Shown piece after piece: positions 62,894 through 64,000 of a DNA stretch of 64,000 nucleotides (within the stretch, counting starts at the first letter, position 1; each line of letters opens with the position of its first letter). Made by a program: the position numbers and the translations under genes. The notes beneath the pieces were generated by a model. The model worked only from the letters and a program-made list of their open reading frames with translations. It searched no databases and was not told the origin of the DNA. This DNA is from Eledone cirrhosa (taxonomy: Eukaryota): assembly GCA_964016885.1 (NCBI GenBank), contig OZ024747.1:81406001-81470000 (forward strand), in the 5' to 3' direction.

Positions 62894-63734
62894 TGTTAAT
62901 TGAAAGGATTTAATCTATGTTATTGACTCAAATACATATTTTTTCAAGTCTGGTACATATTTAATCAATGTTTTTTGTCAAACTGCTAGGATATGGGACA
63001 TAAACAGAAAACATATACACAGAGATGGACACATCACATATGCATATGACAGGCTTCCACACAGTTTCCATTTACCAAATTTTGCTTGCAAGATACTGGT
63101 CAGCCAGAAGCTATAGTAAGAGATCCCTGCTGAAGGTGTCATGCAGAGGCATCAAACTCAAATACACATAGTTGCAAACCAAACTCCTTCACCACACAGC
63201 CATGCCTCTGCATATGTGTAGCTCTCTGTAATTTCAAGAAAGTGTCATCCTTCTAAATTTGATAAACATGGTACCAGTAAGCCTATTCACAAAGAATATT
63301 CCTATTAAGTAAACTCAATTGTTTAAAATCAAAGCGTTTCTTTTTTATCGTAAAAGGTTAAGAAATTATTTTAAAAATAAACTTTAAGAAATGGAATATA
63401 TTTAACAAAATTTATGATAATTATCTTTTAGCATCAATTTCTTTTGATGAATTCAAATAACGAAAAGAAAAGAAAGTAAAAAAAAATTTCAATTACTTTG
63501 CCCTTTTTTACCTTTGCCTGAAATTAGAAAAAAGAAAGAAAATACTTTAAAGACTGTTAATTCAACGATGTTCAATTTTTCTATAAATAACATTAATATT
63601 AAAATGCTGCAATGATAAACACCATCATTATAAATATAATATAATTATGATTTGACAATAAATCAAACAATGATTCGTGTAGGAATGAGGTTTGACATAG
63701 TATTGAAAAATATTAAATACATTTAGTTTGACAA

Positions 63735-63960
63735 AGTGTTCGTGCCAGGAAATACTACACTCTGTAAAGTTGTAGTGTTAGTTTCATGATAAAATGTACC
63801 CAGTACACACTGTCAAGGGGTTGGTATGAGGAAATGCAGTGAGCCATAGGAACCAAGCCAAATATGGAACATAAGAGGAAGACCTGATTCTCCAACCAGT
63901 TTAGTCATAAACCATGATGACCTTTCCAGATCACACCAACAGGATGATGATGATGATGAA
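63735..63960 (+). mobile_element. Degenerate RTE-tailed repeat
   Basis: AAAATGTACCCAGTACACACTGT..GGTTGGTATGAGGAA.. ending in (GAT)n. Confidence 0.5.
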
Positions 63961-64000
63961 ATCAAAAATATTACTAGGATATTCTATTACTAGTGTTAAT

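Overview
Eukaryotic, AT-rich, microsatellite-saturated DNA that is mostly intronic. The repeat repertoire suggests an invertebrate, most plausibly a cephalopod such as Octopus (inference only). The only host-gene sequence I can support is two 174-nt phase-1 Sushi/CCP exons on the minus strand (20886-21059, 12341-12514). The rest is mobile DNA. The main feature is an apparently intact Penelope-like retroelement (about 35-5077, minus strand). Its ORF1 joins the RT + GIY-YIG ORF through an in-frame U_UUU_UUA slippery heptamer, predicting a -1 frameshift and a fusion of about 1170 aa. It has direct and inverted pseudo-LTRs carrying a variant U3-A8 hammerhead ribozyme motif. Several more hammerhead motifs lie in short TA-flanked inserts. 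In two unrelated small families the fold-back inverted repeat is centred on a hammerhead. Also present: RTE LINE fragments with a PHD finger inside the RT, R4/Dong-, Tx1- and CR1-like 3' fragments, three non-autonomous Helitrons, TTAA- and TA-flanked MITEs (one with an internal 72-bp minisatellite), and many tRNA-derived SINEs. Most ORFs in the supplied track are microsatellite artefacts.
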